This document shows, in pieces, positions 61,433 through 64,000 of a DNA stretch of 64,000 nt. How positions within the stretch are numbered: the stretch's first letter is position 1; each line of letters opens with the position of its first letter. The stretch is from Octopus sinensis (Eukaryota), in contig NC_043001.1 of the NCBI RefSeq assembly GCF_006345805.1, positions 69,688,001-69,752,000 on the forward strand. Reading direction: 5' to 3'. The notes under the pieces are model-generated. The model worked only from the letters and a program-made list of their open reading frames with translations. It had not been told where the DNA came from and ran no database searches. A program made the translations under genes and the position numbers.

Positions 61433-64000
61433 TATATATGTGTATGTATGCTTGCATGTAGGTATGTATATATGCATGTGCGTGTGTGTGTGATAGAGAG
61501 ACAGAGAGAAAAAGAGAAAGAGGGAGAGACAGCTCGAGAGATAGACAGACAGACAGAATACAGAACACCTGAAACATACGGGCCCTCGCTAAAATAGAAA
61601 CGGGTCAATCAAACAATGATACAGTTATCTGAATAAAACTGCTTTTAGAATCCAAACGTAAACGTTTTTACGTTTTAGAAATATATAGAAATCAATGAGA
61701 ACAAACTCACTTAGACAACTTGAACAATGTGTGGGTGGGAGACGGATTATAGGCATCACCAAGGGAGACAATGATTAAAATGTCAAATACTGCATCTGAA
61801 CATTCTCCAGAAAAACTAAAGCATCCTCGATTTCGTAAAAAAAAAATACATGCTAAAGAACTGGCAGGGCTGATCATAATAATCTAAGCACTTCCGAAAA
61901 GTATCTAACACGGACACATCATTAAGGGCAGGTTTTGGTATGATAAGGATGATTACCAGATAAAAAGAAAACAAATTCTCGTTGTGAGGGGAAATCCATT
62001 TTAATCGTCCAAGACTAAAAAATAGCTACTCTAAAACCAAAACAGCATACTGAAATTTAATTGCAATTATATCATACGGAGTGAATTTATGAATATCTAG
62101 AGAAAACGAAAATCTGCTTCAGAAATACTTAGAACGGATGCTGCAACTGTACATATAGCTGTAAAGAGTAATTGCAAATGCAGTATAAAATTATCGAGTA
62201 CTCGGGAGAAATGAAGAGTCTAATCATTCTAGAGACTTACTAGCTAACACCGATATCTATTCTATTTATATATCTTATATTTACACTAATGCAATTGGAG
62301 GTTTGTTTTCTGCTTCATTTAAAATCACATGTTTTTACATATTTTCTCAATATTGGTAATTTTGTATCGAGAAAACACATTTTTTGCATTGCCCAAGTAA
62401 ATATATTTAATCTCCAAAGAGTGAAACTAAGAATATCGTAAGTAAAGGTTTGAATCCGATGGAGGATATCATGGCAAAATTTATAAAATAATTGCTGATT
62501 AGGACATCGTTTAGGAAATTATTTCTCTTGTTTAATGATTTGTTCGAAGTGCCTAAGGAAACTTACATGGAATGAAATAATTAAAATATGTATTTTTGTA
62601 TTTTTTTAACGTAATATAATTCACCGATTTCCAATACTGCTAGCAAAACCGCATTCTATAAAGGAAACAATACTGATAAACTCCTTATTGGGTTCATACA
62701 GGTTAGAGAGGAGCAACAATTCGATGACGTAAGAAGAAAGTCATCAGCCTTGCGATGTAACTAAATGATTGAATCTCTGATTGATTCTGTTGAATTGCCT
62801 GGGTTTTCAATTACGTTTACTGACCAATATGTCATTGAGATTCTAAGATATAATACTTTGAGAGTAGGCTTTTCGGAAGAGAAGATGTATTAGAGACATT
62901 TGCGATAGAAAACATCTTTCTTCTTCCATAAAGCTGAATCAGTTAGGAGGACCAATCGAAAACTTCATTTAGGGTACAAAGTTTAAAACAAGTCGTTTTA
63001 CCTTAAGGCATTTCATCGTTTCATATACATCATTAATCGTATATGAACAGACGCCATGAAAGATATAAATAAACGCCCCAAAGCAAAGTAAACGCTGAGA
63101 AGATTGAAAACGGACATCTACAAAATTAGATTTTATTTTTTGAAAGCAAATTCCCATCACTAAAATAATTTCCCGCCAACTACTTGCAATTCTATCTGTA
63201 CAATAATGATTTTAAGCCGAACCACTAATTCTGGGCCAGCCATAAATATATTAAGTTACAATGAAGTTACTAGTGCCTACCTAATCCATAGTTACATTTC
63301 TATTTCCAAATATTCATGTAACGTATTATGAATAATGAAATATCACGTGATCATAACAAGGAACAATGCGCTTATTCATTTGACGGAATTTTATTTCAAA
63401 TGGTGCAGGATAATTTACAGAATTTCAAGCCAAAATATATAATTCTGCAAGTTTTCCAGGAAACAAGTGAATATTTATTGTATAGACTGTACAGTTGTTC
63501 TGTCCTATTAGTGCATGCCATATTTGGTATTCATAAGATGAAACCCGGAAAATGATATAATTGATGACAGGCTGCATTGTTAACAGACGAAGAGGAAGCG
63601 CTAAAAACGTTCGAATGTTGATACCTTAATTCATTTGAATTTATTGCGCTGGTCAAAGAACAACTATTCTATTGAGAATAAAATATATCTACGTTGATGT
63701 TTACAGGAAAATGTAGGCAAACGGAAGCATTCAGTATTTTCTAGTCTTTATCATGAGAACTGTGTAAATACCGTTGTTCGGATATTTTGGGCAGATACAG
63801 TAAAACATGTTGGGAGAAGAACAGTGATGAGCGGTTTACTTAGTGAAGAATACAGGCAAGGTACCACACATGACGATCATCAGCTGTAGCAACTTTAGAA
63901 TATACACTCAGGAGAAAGAACGCATCTATTCACAGGAAGTTTTTGTTACTGTTTCCTGAATACATATTTGCTTGTTGCCGCATGATCTTTTATTCGAAAT

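Noticed and set aside
52000-64000. Host-gene exons in the less repetitive right end
   Set aside because: Only short ORFs with no domain similarity or convincing splice-bounded coding signal. Small exons cannot be excluded without RNA-seq.

Overview
AT-rich, microsatellite-dense animal DNA made almost entirely of transposable elements. I could not support any host-gene exon. The SINE and repeat repertoire suggests an octopus/cephalopod genome (inference from repeat recognition, not a search). Contents: decayed R4/Dong, Tx1/L1, CR1 and RTE LINEs, several Tc1/mariner fossils, tRNA-derived SINEs, probable Helentron-type non-autonomous elements and a truncated Penelope-like element (PLE, GIY-YIG). 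Main result: many self-cleaving hammerhead ribozyme (HHR) motifs in non-coding elements, nearly all abutting (TA)n tracts. An 8.3-kb array (6308-14576) of about 15 near-identical ~545-bp monomers carries one type I HHR-like motif per monomer and flips orientation at 9690. Related monomer families sit at 31.6-34.2 kb next to the PLE, and their hairpins covary with those of the array. This looks like a PLE-mobilised, retrozyme-like (possibly circular-RNA-forming) system. Ribozyme activity, expression and circularisation are inferred and untested. Coordinates were read by eye; ends of decayed elements are approximate.
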